Positions 1-11,258 of a DNA stretch of 64,000 nucleotides are shown piece by piece. The DNA is from an uncultured virus (IMG/VR IMGVR_UViG_3300036770_003021) (Duplodnaviria > Heunggongvirae > Uroviricota > Caudoviricetes). The stretch is taken from the IMG/VR virus record IMGVR_UViG_3300036770_003021, positions 62,001 through 126,000 of that record. One strand, given 5' to 3'. How positions within the stretch are numbered: position 1 is the first letter of the stretch; every line of letters starts with the position of its first letter. The notes below the pieces were generated by a model, which was not told the origin of the DNA, searched no databases, and saw only the letters and a list, made by a program, of their open reading frames with translations. The position numbers and the translations under genes were made by a program.

Positions 1-95
1 GCGCCTGTATTCACAAAATCAAATGGATGTGCCATATGACCTCCGGCACCACCTTCTTGTATTACTTCATTCAAAATATTATTCAGCTTTATCAT
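1..95 (-). CDS. partial (runs off window) conserved large-phage protein
   Basis: Manual translation MIKLNNILNEVIQEGGAGGHMAHPFDFVNTG..., open to the window edge; not in ORF track. Confidence 0.7.
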   Translation of the reverse strand, partial: MIKLNNILNEVIQEGGAGGHMAHPFDFVNTG

Positions 96-861
96 ATGTT
101 TTTAAAAATGTTTTATCAAATACAGGAATTGCTTTTTTGTAAGAACTTTTAGTTTCATCTAGACTATTATTAGTAAATTGCCAATTCCAAAATAATTGGT
201 CTGGTGTTTTGAATCCAAAAAACTGAAGTACTTCTTTTTGTGTTTGTGTAACATCTTTACCGTGCCAGTTTTGTCCAACGGCAATAAATCCGGCTTCAAT
301 ATCTTTTACTACATTCTTTTCTCCTAATGTAGAGTGTCTATTCTCAATCCAAGTTAGTCTTTCAATTAGTTTCTGATAATAACCATTGGCTTGACCCCAT
401 CTAACACTTGCAAAAAATACAACACAGTCGCTTTGAAACAATTCTTTGGTAATTTTCCAAAGTTCGTCATTTTTATTATTTAAACTAGCCCAACAACGAT
501 GATATCCACTTGGATTTTTATTATCATCTTTGAGTAAAGCTCCTTTTACACCACAATGATTGCCGTCATATTTTAGATTGCTACTTACATTGCCTTCACA
601 AGGAGCTATATTTAAACTAGGCACTTCTATTAACGTTACTTTATCTTTACCAAGTAATTCTTGTATCTTAATTGCTAATTGAGTGCTTTTTGGAACATCG
701 TCTTTATGACCACTCCATCTATTACTAGTAGTTAGTAATAGTACTTTGTTTTTGGCGCGTAAATAGTCTATTGTCTTTTTGTATTTACGAGCATAAAGAT
801 CCATATCTTGCTCGCTTTGAGGAAGTTTGGCTTCTAATAATAAATCGTTTAAACTGATCAT
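79..861 (-). CDS. flavodoxin-like / NADPH-dependent FMN reductase family protein
   Basis: VLLLTTSNR...STQLA, PCEGNVS, DCVVFFASVRWG motifs. Start moved to MISLNDLL (861) to avoid overlapping the upstream gene. Confidence 0.65.
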   Translation of the reverse strand: MISLNDLLLEAKLPQSEQDMDLYARKYKKTIDYLRAKNKVLLLTTSNRWSGHKDDVPKSTQLAIKIQELLGKDKVTLIEVPSLNIAPCEGNVSSNLKYDGNHCGVKGALLKDDNKNPSGYHRCWASLNNKNDELWKITKELFQSDCVVFFASVRWGQANGYYQKLIERLTWIENRHSTLGEKNVVKDIEAGFIAVGQNWHGKDVTQTQKEVLQFFGFKTPDQLFWNWQFTNNSLDETKSSYKKAIPVFDKTFLKTYDKAE

Positions 862-880
862 TTTGATAATTGGTATAAAA

Positions 881-1480
881 TTATTTGTTTGTTTTTTTAA
901 CGCAGTTGGGATATTTTTTACCAAACAATGTTTTCATACCTTTTTGCGTATATCCCTTCCAACATTTCTCTTCTATATTATTTTCAACCACCCCATATCC
1001 AGAACCATATGGAGATGATTTACCAGATTCTGGATTGGACGTTTCTTTATTTAATTTTATTGTTTTTGCTTTTGAAGCCTCTTTACGTTGTATAGCATAG
1101 TCTAAAGCACTTTTTAATCTGCTTTTAACATCTGGATCTTTAGCATTTTGATAAGCTGCTCTAACTCTCTGATGTATAAGATTTATAATTTGAGATTGTC
1201 TTTTGTGACTTTTTGATTTAAAACCACTACTAGCTAGTGTATCTTTAATGTCTTGTGATGTTCTAAATTTTACCCGAACAGTATCCTTCGGATTTTCATC
1301 AGTATACAATCTTCTATCAGATCCTTTTGGCTTTTTACCAGTTCCAACTTTTGGATCAGACTCAGATAAAACATTTGTATCATTAATCACAGTATCGATT
1401 AATTTTAAAAGAGATGGATCTACGGCTTCTTTAATTTGTGGCTTGGCTAAATCTTCAACAATTTGCGTTAATCGTATCAT
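881..1480 (-). CDS. hypothetical phage (probable head-associated) protein
   Basis: 199 aa ORF with C-terminal CWKGYTQKGMK...PNCV motif and MIRLTQIVE leader. Confidence 0.6.
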   Translation of the reverse strand: MIRLTQIVEDLAKPQIKEAVDPSLLKLIDTVINDTNVLSESDPKVGTGKKPKGSDRRLYTDENPKDTVRVKFRTSQDIKDTLASSGFKSKSHKRQSQIINLIHQRVRAAYQNAKDPDVKSRLKSALDYAIQRKEASKAKTIKLNKETSNPESGKSSPYGSGYGVVENNIEEKCWKGYTQKGMKTLFGKKYPNCVKKTNK

Positions 1481-1496
1481 AATATATAAATAGTAA

Positions 1497-3008
1497 TTAT
1501 TTTCGATTCCAGATAAATTTCATATGTCCACAATCCCAAATTCTATCATATCCATTAATCTGCATATTTTGCCACTCACTCAAATTAATATCAAATTTTT
1601 CAAGTTTTTCTTTTAATTTATGTTTTTGAAAATGATTTCTTTCAATTGGTACACCTTTGTTTTTGTAAAAATAATGATAACCAGGTAGAGTGTCATCTAC
1701 AAATGACATACCAATTTGTTTATATAAATTACCTGTAAATAATCTTTTATCACTATATGTTACAATAGAATTTACATCATAATTTTTTATAAAATGATTG
1801 AATAATTTAGAAGCACCTCCTATTACATTTGTATTTAATATATTACAATACCTAGATAACTCATATTGATATTTTTTGTCATATCTAGATTTAACAAAAG
1901 TCATTAGTGACACCAAAATATTATTATAATATAATCCTAATCTTATAGATGATGTATCATTTCCCTGTATATGATTATCAGTCAAAAATGCAGATTTTTC
2001 ATCATTAATCACTTGTTTTATTTCACATTTACGTGCAAATATTTTTTTGGACTTACCAATTTTACTTAATAAAATGCTTTTTATTATATCTTGTTTACAT
2101 CTCCATTCCCAATCCCATATATGCATCAATTGAATATTTTTATCAAGTGACAACTTAGTTTTATGTAAATGATAATGTTTATCTTTACCACCAGCAAGTT
2201 CACTGTGCCAATATATACCATCACATTCTATGCCTAAATTCAAATGTGGTACTAAAATATCAATTTCGTCTCCGTCTAATATATTTCTATCGTGTTGTTT
2301 AGTCACAACTTCGTGTGAATGTAAAAAATTTAATATTTCAGACTCAATGGTAGATTTAAACCTATTATGTGGATTACAGATTAAACATCTGGGTATATTA
2401 CCAGAATATAAATTATCTTCAAACTCATTATTACATACACAACATTTAAATTTATATATATTATTATAGTCTGTGCCTACGTATTCATCTTTCTTAAATA
2501 ATGGGACAACTACACCTTTCAATCTATTTCCTTCAAAAATATTATGTAAAGATTCTTGTATTTTCTGAATACGTCGTTTTTCTTTCACGTGTAACAATTG
2601 AGATACATTATCAATATTATTATTTTCTAAATATTGTTTATATTTTTTGGATTTAAAACCAATATCACCATTTGACAAACGTTCTTTTGTTTTTTCAAGA
2701 GTATTTGGAGACACATTCATACCATACTTTTGATTGTTTGTTTTTAACATTTTTTCTCTGTTATTGAAATTAGCATCTCCATATTTTTCTAATTTTGTTT
2801 GTTTTGATTTTTCAAAATTATTATAATTTTCATCGCCATATTTCGATTTCAAAGTATTTTTCATCTTTGTTATCATATTATCATACGAACCGGCTTCTCT
2901 TTTTTTCTTTATTTTTTCTTTAACACTTGGTAATTGTGATGGATGATACACGCCGTATTTCTTAAAAAATGATTCTCTAATTTTTTTACCTCGTTCAGTC
3001 ATAAACAA
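1497..3008 (-). CDS. putative homing endonuclease (KYG repeats, Zn ribbon, PD-(D/E)XK/Vsr-like core, C-terminal GNAT-like region)
   Basis: Repeated xKYG motifs, CxxC pairs, EIDILVP...GIECDGIYWHS, ELSRYC...GGASKL...YSD. Confidence 0.7.
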   Translation of the reverse strand: MFMTERGKKIRESFFKKYGVYHPSQLPSVKEKIKKKREAGSYDNMITKMKNTLKSKYGDENYNNFEKSKQTKLEKYGDANFNNREKMLKTNNQKYGMNVSPNTLEKTKERLSNGDIGFKSKKYKQYLENNNIDNVSQLLHVKEKRRIQKIQESLHNIFEGNRLKGVVVPLFKKDEYVGTDYNNIYKFKCCVCNNEFEDNLYSGNIPRCLICNPHNRFKSTIESEILNFLHSHEVVTKQHDRNILDGDEIDILVPHLNLGIECDGIYWHSELAGGKDKHYHLHKTKLSLDKNIQLMHIWDWEWRCKQDIIKSILLSKIGKSKKIFARKCEIKQVINDEKSAFLTDNHIQGNDTSSIRLGLYYNNILVSLMTFVKSRYDKKYQYELSRYCNILNTNVIGGASKLFNHFIKNYDVNSIVTYSDKRLFTGNLYKQIGMSFVDDTLPGYHYFYKNKGVPIERNHFQKHKLKEKLEKFDINLSEWQNMQINGYDRIWDCGHMKFIWNRK

Positions 3009-3062
3009 TACTCCTTATCTAATAGATAAATATTACACAAAACTTTAAAAAGTCAAAAAAAG

Positions 3063-3094
3063 AAAACCTCGCTTATTCCTAAGCGAGGTTTTTT
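3063..3094. terminator. intrinsic terminator after tail sheath
   Basis: AAAACCTCGCTTA-TTCC-TAAGCGAGGTTTT hairpin flanked by A/T runs. Confidence 0.8.
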
Positions 3095-3107
3095 AAGTTA
3101 TTGATTA

Positions 3108-6100
3108 TCAAACATTAAAAGATGCGCCCGTTGGGAGTATGTTGAAATCAAGTATAATAAACTCAGCTGTGCGAGTTGGTTGGATATAGATTTGACCATA
3201 TAGAATATTTCTATCAATCAAGTCAGGGGTATTGTTTTCAGCATCCATCTTGACTTGGAATGCGTAGATACCGTTACGTTGTTGTACTGATTCCAAGTAT
3301 GGAGTTACAATACTCAAGAAACGATTTCTTGTAGAAGCAACATTTTGTTCAAATACCAAGTAGTTGCTTGAACTTGCGATAAACTTCTTCAAGTTGATCA
3401 ACAAACGACGTACATTGATACGATCCAAAGCACTTGGAGCAATTTGTAGAGTCTTTTGACCCCATACACAAATGCCTTGGCCTGGGAATGCTGCGATTGG
3501 ATTTACACGACCTTCATATAGTTCATCACGTTCACTGTGAGTTACTCTGTCGAGTACTTGTACAGCGGTTGGAATACCACCACGGTTTAGACCGGCTGGA
3601 GCATACCATTCAGCAGCAGCATTATCGTTAGCAGCATAAACTGCTGGTAATACTACTGAAGGTGGAACACTAATAATCTTGTTGGTATTAGTATCTAGGA
3701 TCTTAACCCAAGGATAATAAGTACCTACATAGTTACTATCAATTGTAGCTACAGTGTTAATTGCGGCATCAATCAATCCTACAGTTTGGTTACTTGCTGG
3801 GAACACTACGTTATCCATAATGTAGAAACAGTCTTGACGAGTTTCGCACATATCGATTACTAGTTCAGTTACGTAACTGTGTTGTTCACGGAAGATACCT
3901 GGAGTTACGATCAAGTTGATATCAAATTCATCTGGATTACCGATTGCAGCAATTGCTTGCTTATAAGCAATACTACCTGGACTATTGATATTTGTACAAT
4001 CTAGACCTTGTGTATTACCAGCGGTAATGTCACTGCCTACATTGATTGGAATTGCTGGCCATTGACCTTCAAATCCACCTTGGAAACCTACGATGAACTT
4101 ACGTAGTTTAACGTATGTAGATTCATTTACGGCATCATATGTACTTGGGATACTACCACTCAATGTTGGTGATAGTAGTGAACCAGTACTCACATATGTA
4201 CCTTGAGCATAGAATTTACTGTTCGTAGTACCCCAAACTTTATCTTCTAGATCGAAGTCAATGTTTGTACCATTGCTATCTGAAGCACCATAATATGGTA
4301 GTGGCTTGAAGTATTGTTTAGTGTTATTTTCTACACCAACGCCAAATGAAGATGTTGGATATAGTGCTTGGATTTCAGTATCAGTTCCTGGAACACTACC
4401 GAATACTGTACCAGATGGATACTTACCAGGTCCGAGACCATAGATACTTGCTTTACTGTATTGTACAGCAGGTACATAGTTGCTTGCGGTACTATCAATT
4501 GGAGTACTATATGATTCAAATCCGTATGGTACGCAACTTACTGGGTAAGAAACGTCACTGGCTTCGATTCTGATATACTTACTCAAATTATTGAAATCGC
4601 CAAATTGAATTAACTTACCAGCATAAGTGATATATGCGTATCTGTTACCAATTCTACGAGCAACATAATTTGCGGATTCTGGATCCAAATTCAAGTTTTG
4701 GAAGATTTCCAAATACTTTGGTTTCTTATCAGTATCGCTATAAGCACGTACTGCTAGTGTGAAACTACCCCATTCGCTGCCTGGAACTGTTCCTGCCAAC
4801 TTAACATTACTAATTTCAATCTTGAACTTAGTGTTGCTCAATGTACCGTCACTCAAAGTGTGAACCTTGAACAACTGGAACTTGGTTGGAGAAGCAGCTA
4901 CATCAGCGCTACCTTTAAATGGAGCAATCTTTTGACTGTAGATCCAAGGAGTAGAAGCATTGGTGATACTGAATTGACTATCACCGTTATTCAAATCAGT
5001 GCTATATTGATCAACAAACTTTAGAGGTTCGCCAACAATTGAACTTCCTGATAGGTTACTTGTACCAACTTGTAGTCTCCAACCATAAGCGCTGGTCTTT
5101 TCAGCTACGAACTTCTTGATGCTATCTTCGAATAGTACGTAGTTGTAAGCGGCTTCAACTTTTTGACCAGCAATTTGTTTGTTAGGATTACCAACAGTTG
5201 GGTCTACGCCAAATACATCTTTGATGTAATTATTGTCGTTTTCATTCAAACTGAAGTCGTAGTAACCGTATGTACCAGCACTTGTACCACCGGCTGGATT
5301 TGTGTAACTATACTTCAATGCCAAGTTGTAAACATTTTCGTTAGGATTAATTACACCCTTGTATGGGAATGTGCTACTTGTTAGTTGAGTCAATGTTGAG
5401 GTATTGAAACCAAATACTTGATAATCACTTGTGAATTGTGATGAAGCATTTTGGGTGTTTGCCAATACTGACAAGATCATCTTTTGACGACCTGTTAATA
5501 CTGGATTACATTGATCTGCGCTTGGATTATCTTGATTTGTGAATCCGCCATTATATTTACCAAAGGAACCACTTATCACACCTCTTACTTGTAGACCAGC
5601 TACACAAGTTCCAACACCACGTAGTGAATGGAAACTACCACTTTGAAGTGTCAATGGTGTGCCTGCTTGAACATTGAAGTTGGTTAGGTTATAAGCGATA
5701 GTACTATTGAAATAAGATGAACTTACTAGATCAACGGTTGTTGTACTTTCGTCGAATGCGGTAGCTACAGCGGTTTCATTATCAATATTTGTGCCTTGTA
5801 AACTTGATGTTAACAAGAAGAATGAAGTTCCAACTGGTTTTGCATTGCCGTTTGCCAATGTACTGGTTGTAAACTTACGTACTAATATTCCTGATGAAAC
5901 TGTACCAATGTCTACTACTTTACCAGCATACAAGATGCTACCACTCAATGATCCAACTCCATCAACGTCTGTTGCGGTAACAGTACTAGTTGCTGCAGCA
6001 GATCCAAACTTAACGTTTAATGATCCACTGATAATCATTCTGGAGATATCAATTCGTTGTACCAATTGAATAGAAGAACTCAATCCAGCGCCACTCAAAC

Positions 6101-7022
6101 TTGCAGTTGCAAATGAGAAGGATGGATTTGCGTCATAATTAGCAAAAACCAAACCAAATGTATTTGGTGCGGTAAATGAAGCGGTTAAGTAACTATTATT
6201 TGAACTATCAAATGTTAGTTTGTACTTACTTGAACCACCGCCACCGACAGTAACGCTACCGCTTATACGTGATTTTTCAAAATCAAATGCGGCTAAAGCG
6301 TGATCTACTGAAGATCCTGCTTTTGCAACTTTACCGTTTCTAGCTACAACTGAACTACTAAATAGTTCATAATGTCTAGTAGAAGTTACTTTAAATACTT
6401 TACCCAAACTGGATGAAGTTGACAAAGAAGCAGATAGTGCATTTACACCTGCCAAACTACCCAAACTTGCTAAGAAAGAAGCAATTTCTGCTGTAGTTAC
6501 TCTAGAAAATGTAGCTGAACCGGTTATTGTACTTCCAGTTGAACCCTTGATTTCAGCTGATCCTGTAATGTTGATTGCGGAACTGCTTTGTTGATACTTA
6601 ACGTTTGATACATAGTTAGTAGTATCAATGTACATAAATGAAGCTGTTGTGATAGCACCTTTATCAGCATTTCTGGTCCAGATACCTGGTTGAGCATATA
6701 CGATTAATGGATTCTTCTGCCAGTAACCAGTAAGACCACCTACACGAACTACGGTAACGATGCCTTGTTGTAGTAGATATTCTTTGGCGGTGTATGGTCC
6801 ATAATACACACCGTCAGCGACACCAAATCTTGTTTCCAAGTCGGCTACGTCGGTTATTGTATTTGGAAAAAACGCTGGTCCATCAGCGAATGGAGCTACT
6901 ATTGCTCCTCCAATGTTTGCTACTCCTTGAGCCAGACCGGAGAGGTCGTTTTCACGTGTGAATACACCTGGGCTTACTATATTTTGTGTTGGGGCGAATC
7001 TACCGCCTTCTTGTATTGGCAT
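3108..7022 (-). CDS. contractile tail sheath protein with large insertion
   Basis: N-terminal VSPGVFTRENDLS; C-terminal WYAPAGLNRG, WGQKTLQ...LDRINVRRL, IQPTRTAEFI. Confidence 0.95.
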   Translation of the reverse strand: MPIQEGGRFAPTQNIVSPGVFTRENDLSGLAQGVANIGGAIVAPFADGPAFFPNTITDVADLETRFGVADGVYYGPYTAKEYLLQQGIVTVVRVGGLTGYWQKNPLIVYAQPGIWTRNADKGAITTASFMYIDTTNYVSNVKYQQSSSAINITGSAEIKGSTGSTITGSATFSRVTTAEIASFLASLGSLAGVNALSASLSTSSSLGKVFKVTSTRHYELFSSSVVARNGKVAKAGSSVDHALAAFDFEKSRISGSVTVGGGGSSKYKLTFDSSNNSYLTASFTAPNTFGLVFANYDANPSFSFATASLSGAGLSSSIQLVQRIDISRMIISGSLNVKFGSAAATSTVTATDVDGVGSLSGSILYAGKVVDIGTVSSGILVRKFTTSTLANGNAKPVGTSFFLLTSSLQGTNIDNETAVATAFDESTTTVDLVSSSYFNSTIAYNLTNFNVQAGTPLTLQSGSFHSLRGVGTCVAGLQVRGVISGSFGKYNGGFTNQDNPSADQCNPVLTGRQKMILSVLANTQNASSQFTSDYQVFGFNTSTLTQLTSSTFPYKGVINPNENVYNLALKYSYTNPAGGTSAGTYGYYDFSLNENDNNYIKDVFGVDPTVGNPNKQIAGQKVEAAYNYVLFEDSIKKFVAEKTSAYGWRLQVGTSNLSGSSIVGEPLKFVDQYSTDLNNGDSQFSITNASTPWIYSQKIAPFKGSADVAASPTKFQLFKVHTLSDGTLSNTKFKIEISNVKLAGTVPGSEWGSFTLAVRAYSDTDKKPKYLEIFQNLNLDPESANYVARRIGNRYAYITYAGKLIQFGDFNNLSKYIRIEASDVSYPVSCVPYGFESYSTPIDSTASNYVPAVQYSKASIYGLGPGKYPSGTVFGSVPGTDTEIQALYPTSSFGVGVENNTKQYFKPLPYYGASDSNGTNIDFDLEDKVWGTTNSKFYAQGTYVSTGSLLSPTLSGSIPSTYDAVNESTYVKLRKFIVGFQGGFEGQWPAIPINVGSDITAGNTQGLDCTNINSPGSIAYKQAIAAIGNPDEFDINLIVTPGIFREQHSYVTELVIDMCETRQDCFYIMDNVVFPASNQTVGLIDAAINTVATIDSNYVGTYYPWVKILDTNTNKIISVPPSVVLPAVYAANDNAAAEWYAPAGLNRGGIPTAVQVLDRVTHSERDELYEGRVNPIAAFPGQGICVWGQKTLQIAPSALDRINVRRLLINLKKFIASSSNYLVFEQNVASTRNRFLSIVTPYLESVQQRNGIYAFQVKMDAENNTPDLIDRNILYGQIYIQPTRTAEFIILDFNILPTGASFNV

Positions 7023-7101
7023 AATATTAATATCCTTTCGAAGTTATATTTAAAATATAAATATAACCGAAAAATCGAAGAACCAACTATTTATTATAAC
7101 T

Positions 7102-9246
7102 TTAAATTTTTTGTTCTATTAATAGTTGATCTATGGTATCCATAACCATTTTTGGAGTTATTTGTTTGGTACATTCAAACTCTTCTCTCTTATCAGATTT
7201 TGGACACCACTTCCAATTTCCCTTGTCAAATAACGAATCATTCCAACATCCTGTACACACCGAGTGGTTTTGTACTCTATAAGGAGTATCAAATTCAGTA
7301 TATGGATATGAGAACCCGCTAATTAATACTACTGGCTTTTTAACTGCCCAAGCTAACCAAGACAATCCTGATGGTAAACCTATAAAAAACTCACTGTGAT
7401 ATATTTGATTCATACGATCAACCAGTGGTTTATCTCCTGTAAAATCTAACGCATTGGAAGGCATACTATTCATATAGTCTGATCCATTTCCAAATGTTTT
7501 GTGTTTATCTATGCATATTACTTCAAATCCCTTTGATTTAATATATTCAACAACACGTTCCCATCCGCCTTTATTGTTCCAATATTTGGCTTGACACGTA
7601 CTTTGTGTTGCAATTGTGACATATCTCTTTTTGAGAGGTCTTTCTTTGATTTCAAAGTCAAGCAATGGTAATTCTGGTTCATATGGCAATCCCAAATAAT
7701 CACTTGCTATTTTTTGTAAAGGTTGTTTTCTGGGATCCGTTTTACATCTATCATTATTAGGTCCATTTTCGTCTACATAATATCCCAACTTATAAGTTGC
7801 AAACACATCTGAAATAGGCTTGTTATTGTGAACAAACTTAATTGATGGGTATTTGTTTTCAAAAATATTTTTCAAAGGCAACTTGACATAAAGATCACAT
7901 TCGTGCTTCTTTCTAAATTGTTCGATTATAGGCATCCAAGCCAATTGATCTCCCAAAGAGTAACTTTCGTATTCAATTACTACTTTTTTGTTTTTTAAAT
8001 TTAATTTGTATGTTTCGACCAATTCATTAGTCTTATTGTCTTTGATATGAATTTCATAAGGAATGTAATATGTAAAATTACAACTTCCCCACCAATTGTG
8101 TTTTAAATTGGTTTCGTATTTAATACTATTGTCATCACCATTATAGAATGTTATGTGGAAACTTTGATCTACATCTACTGGGTTATCTACTTCAATCTTG
8201 GCATTATCATTGAATGAATATTTAAACACAGCATTTGTTTTAATACTCTTTTCATTCTTTTTAAGATTTTCATAAACATCAATATGTTTGATAGCAAACA
8301 ATCTTTCAGTATATTGATCATATAAATCGATTAATTGGTCTACTCGGTTGAAATAGGAATTTTCCTTAGCACATTCCAAAGCTTTGGTTTGATATCGACT
8401 ATAATCAGATGTGATTTGTTGTATTGCGGATTTTATTTGTTCTACATTTCGTTCAACGACAACCATACCTTTATATGATTTTTCCTCAAACGTACCTACC
8501 ACAGGTAAACCACAACTCATTGCTTCTAACAACGTTAGATTTGGATGCCCTGCTTCCAATTCCGATGGATGTATGAATATAGAATGGTCATTATATAAAT
8601 CGATCAACGATTCTTCATTTAAATCAAATACTTTTGTCAATTTATCATACTGATTTAATTCTTCATCTAATATATCAAAGAACTTTTTATTATTAGATGG
8701 TCCAGCAATAGTAATTGGATATCCTAATTCTTTAGCCGCTTTAATCGCATATGTGAATCCTTTTCTGTCATATGATTGATTATTGGCATAACCATTATTT
8801 GCAACACACAACAGTTTATTTACTGGAATTTTTTTATTTTTATGTTTAAACACATCGGTATTTACCGCGTGGGAAAAATAACGTAATTTTTTACTTCCGA
8901 AATAATCAACCAAATATTTGGCAGGACAAGTAGATATTACACTATTTTCAATTGCTTGTAAATTCTCTTTATATACAGATGAATCTTTGCCATACAAATA
9001 AGCGTGGTGATCGTGTAAACTAAAGATATAAGGTATGCCTCTTTTATGACATTCATTTGCCAGATTTGCTACGTGTATATGTACGATTATATCGTCTGAA
9101 TATTTAATTTCATTCAAATACTTTATCTGACATTCTAATCCCTTTTTGTTTAACAGTTGATGATAATCCCAAATGATTTTTTCAACTGCACCCCATCCAT
9201 TAGGCGGAATAGGCAATAACCCTAAATTAACTTGTATAATTTTCAT
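7102..9246 (-). CDS. GT4-like glycosyltransferase fused to autotransporter O-heptosyltransferase (TibC/Aah-like) domain
   Basis: IPPNGWGAVE and EAMSCGLPVV (GT4); SLGDQLAW, KYWNN..GW, FIGLPSGLSWLAW, CTGCWN...CP...ECTKQIT. Confidence 0.8.
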   Translation of the reverse strand: MKIIQVNLGLLPIPPNGWGAVEKIIWDYHQLLNKKGLECQIKYLNEIKYSDDIIVHIHVANLANECHKRGIPYIFSLHDHHAYLYGKDSSVYKENLQAIENSVISTCPAKYLVDYFGSKKLRYFSHAVNTDVFKHKNKKIPVNKLLCVANNGYANNQSYDRKGFTYAIKAAKELGYPITIAGPSNNKKFFDILDEELNQYDKLTKVFDLNEESLIDLYNDHSIFIHPSELEAGHPNLTLLEAMSCGLPVVGTFEEKSYKGMVVVERNVEQIKSAIQQITSDYSRYQTKALECAKENSYFNRVDQLIDLYDQYTERLFAIKHIDVYENLKKNEKSIKTNAVFKYSFNDNAKIEVDNPVDVDQSFHITFYNGDDNSIKYETNLKHNWWGSCNFTYYIPYEIHIKDNKTNELVETYKLNLKNKKVVIEYESYSLGDQLAWMPIIEQFRKKHECDLYVKLPLKNIFENKYPSIKFVHNNKPISDVFATYKLGYYVDENGPNNDRCKTDPRKQPLQKIASDYLGLPYEPELPLLDFEIKERPLKKRYVTIATQSTCQAKYWNNKGGWERVVEYIKSKGFEVICIDKHKTFGNGSDYMNSMPSNALDFTGDKPLVDRMNQIYHSEFFIGLPSGLSWLAWAVKKPVVLISGFSYPYTEFDTPYRVQNHSVCTGCWNDSLFDKGNWKWCPKSDKREEFECTKQITPKMVMDTIDQLLIEQKI

Positions 9247-11255
9247 TGTGTAATATCAATAGAACCGTTAATATCTATGTCTTCTAATCTTCTAAATGAC
9301 TTTTTATAACTTCTCAATAAAATTTTATTTTGATCATATAAATTGTTTTCAATTTCATAGAAATTATTGTTTTCAAACTCGTTTGCTAAATAAAAACAAA
9401 CCTTTTCTGATACCGTGTAGGAATAATTGTTAACTACTTCTCCGTTCTTTTTTATTATTATCTCATTTATACGATCATCCAATTTATTATTGATATATGT
9501 TAATACTCCAAACTTATTTGTGTTCTTCATCCTCAGAACCGATAAATATTCTACCATTGAGAATAAATTATTTTTACTATTGCTTAAATAAGATTCTTCG
9601 TTGTTCGTGTAATCTATATGAAGATCGTTCTTATTAGATATTAGTTTATTATAATAGAATTGTTCCAATCCATTTGATATATTTTTCTTCGTAACAAATT
9701 CCATATATTCTTCTGGGGTATAGTAATCAAAATTATCCAAGAAAAACTGAGTATTAATCCCGTGAAATACTGTTTTGAATGTGTCACCTTCTAACGCCTT
9801 ATCATAAAAGAAAAAGGCTTTCTTATTAATTAAGATTTCATCTACATCATATAACTTTGAAAAATCTGATTCTGAAATGATCATATCATAATTGAAGCAA
9901 ATTGCATTTTTGTATCCGATTTTATTTGCCAATGATATGCCATTGTAATAGTTTAATAATACAGCAAGACCGTGATAATTATCACAATCAGAAGGTGGAA
10001 AAAATAAATTGATCTTGGTATTATCTGTGTTGTATGTCCATCTATTATAGAAATTATGTTTTAAAATTGGATTGTTTGAATCATATACATAATGATCAGC
10101 CGCTTTTTGCAAATCAACACTAGCAGGATAATGAGATGACAACAACACTTTATAACCGGCTTTTTTAGCTTGATTAATTGATTCCAAAGTTGTGTCTTCT
10201 ACAGCTTTAAAATTGGGATGTGTTGATATGATAACCACCGTGTTTTTATTTGCGGATTTCTTTATATTAACAATCTCTATTTCAGAATCTGAAATCATCC
10301 CCAATTGATTCTTTATGAGTTTAACATTACGATTAAAATTGGTTTCGTCTAGATACTTGATATTTTCAAATACCTTGTATCTATCAAGGTAAACAGGCAA
10401 ATTGTACAATAGAGATGGTATATTATAGGATATAGCCTCTTTAATTACAATAGGTGCTGTCTCTTTATCAGTTGCGTGGCCTCTGCTAGTGAACAAAAAC
10501 AAATCCATACAACTGTAGAAGTTTTCTACATCTTTGCGTTCACCCCAAACTTTTACATTACTTGGTAAGTTATCCAACAAAGGTTGCCAATAATTTTTGA
10601 AGTTATCAGCCATATTCCCCAGACAATGAAATTGAACATTTTCTTTTTCCATTGCACGGGCATATTCTATAAATTCTTTTTGATTTTTTCTAGGAGTAAA
10701 CAACCCAACGTGTAATACGTGTTTTTTACTTTCATCTAGTCCCAAAAATTTCAATCCTTCAGATCTATCTTTTCTACATTTTACAGAAATTGGATATTCA
10801 ATAACTGTAGTATTTATGCCTAAAGATTCGACATTTTGTTTTTGATAATTACTTACGAATGTAAATTTATCTGGAAAAACACGCTTTCTTCTTGGATCAA
10901 AACTACTATCGTGCGAAGTTTCCACAATTAGATATTCTCGGTCTTTATTATAGAGTTTAGTAGCCAAGTTAACATCCATAAAGTATTCTGGCATTTCCTC
11001 CAAATGAATAATGTCAGGTTTTATATTGTCAACTAGTTTTAGTAACTCAAATTTATTTGATGATAATGTGTAAAACCTCTTACCGCAAATTTTCTGAAGC
11101 TGCTTTCTTTGAACAACTAAAACTCCACCAGTAATATCATCATATTCTACACAATATATTTCATAATCATTAATTAATGATTGTATTTTTTTCAATAAAA
11201 ATTGAGGTAGTCCTCCAGTAGAAAGATGTGGAGCTATAAACAATATTTTTTTCAT
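9243..11255 (-). CDS. GT-B glycosyltransferase, multidomain
   Basis: PHLSTGGLPQ, VGLFTPRKNQ, DLFLFTS...E..PIVIKEA. Confidence 0.8.
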   Translation of the reverse strand: MKKILFIAPHLSTGGLPQFLLKKIQSLINDYEIYCVEYDDITGGVLVVQRKQLQKICGKRFYTLSSNKFELLKLVDNIKPDIIHLEEMPEYFMDVNLATKLYNKDREYLIVETSHDSSFDPRRKRVFPDKFTFVSNYQKQNVESLGINTTVIEYPISVKCRKDRSEGLKFLGLDESKKHVLHVGLFTPRKNQKEFIEYARAMEKENVQFHCLGNMADNFKNYWQPLLDNLPSNVKVWGERKDVENFYSCMDLFLFTSRGHATDKETAPIVIKEAISYNIPSLLYNLPVYLDRYKVFENIKYLDETNFNRNVKLIKNQLGMISDSEIEIVNIKKSANKNTVVIISTHPNFKAVEDTTLESINQAKKAGYKVLLSSHYPASVDLQKAADHYVYDSNNPILKHNFYNRWTYNTDNTKINLFFPPSDCDNYHGLAVLLNYYNGISLANKIGYKNAICFNYDMIISESDFSKLYDVDEILINKKAFFFYDKALEGDTFKTVFHGINTQFFLDNFDYYTPEEYMEFVTKKNISNGLEQFYYNKLISNKNDLHIDYTNNEESYLSNSKNNLFSMVEYLSVLRMKNTNKFGVLTYINNKLDDRINEIIIKKNGEVVNNYSYTVSEKVCFYLANEFENNNFYEIENNLYDQNKILLRSYKKSFRRLEDIDINGSIDITQ

Positions 11256-11258
11256 AAT

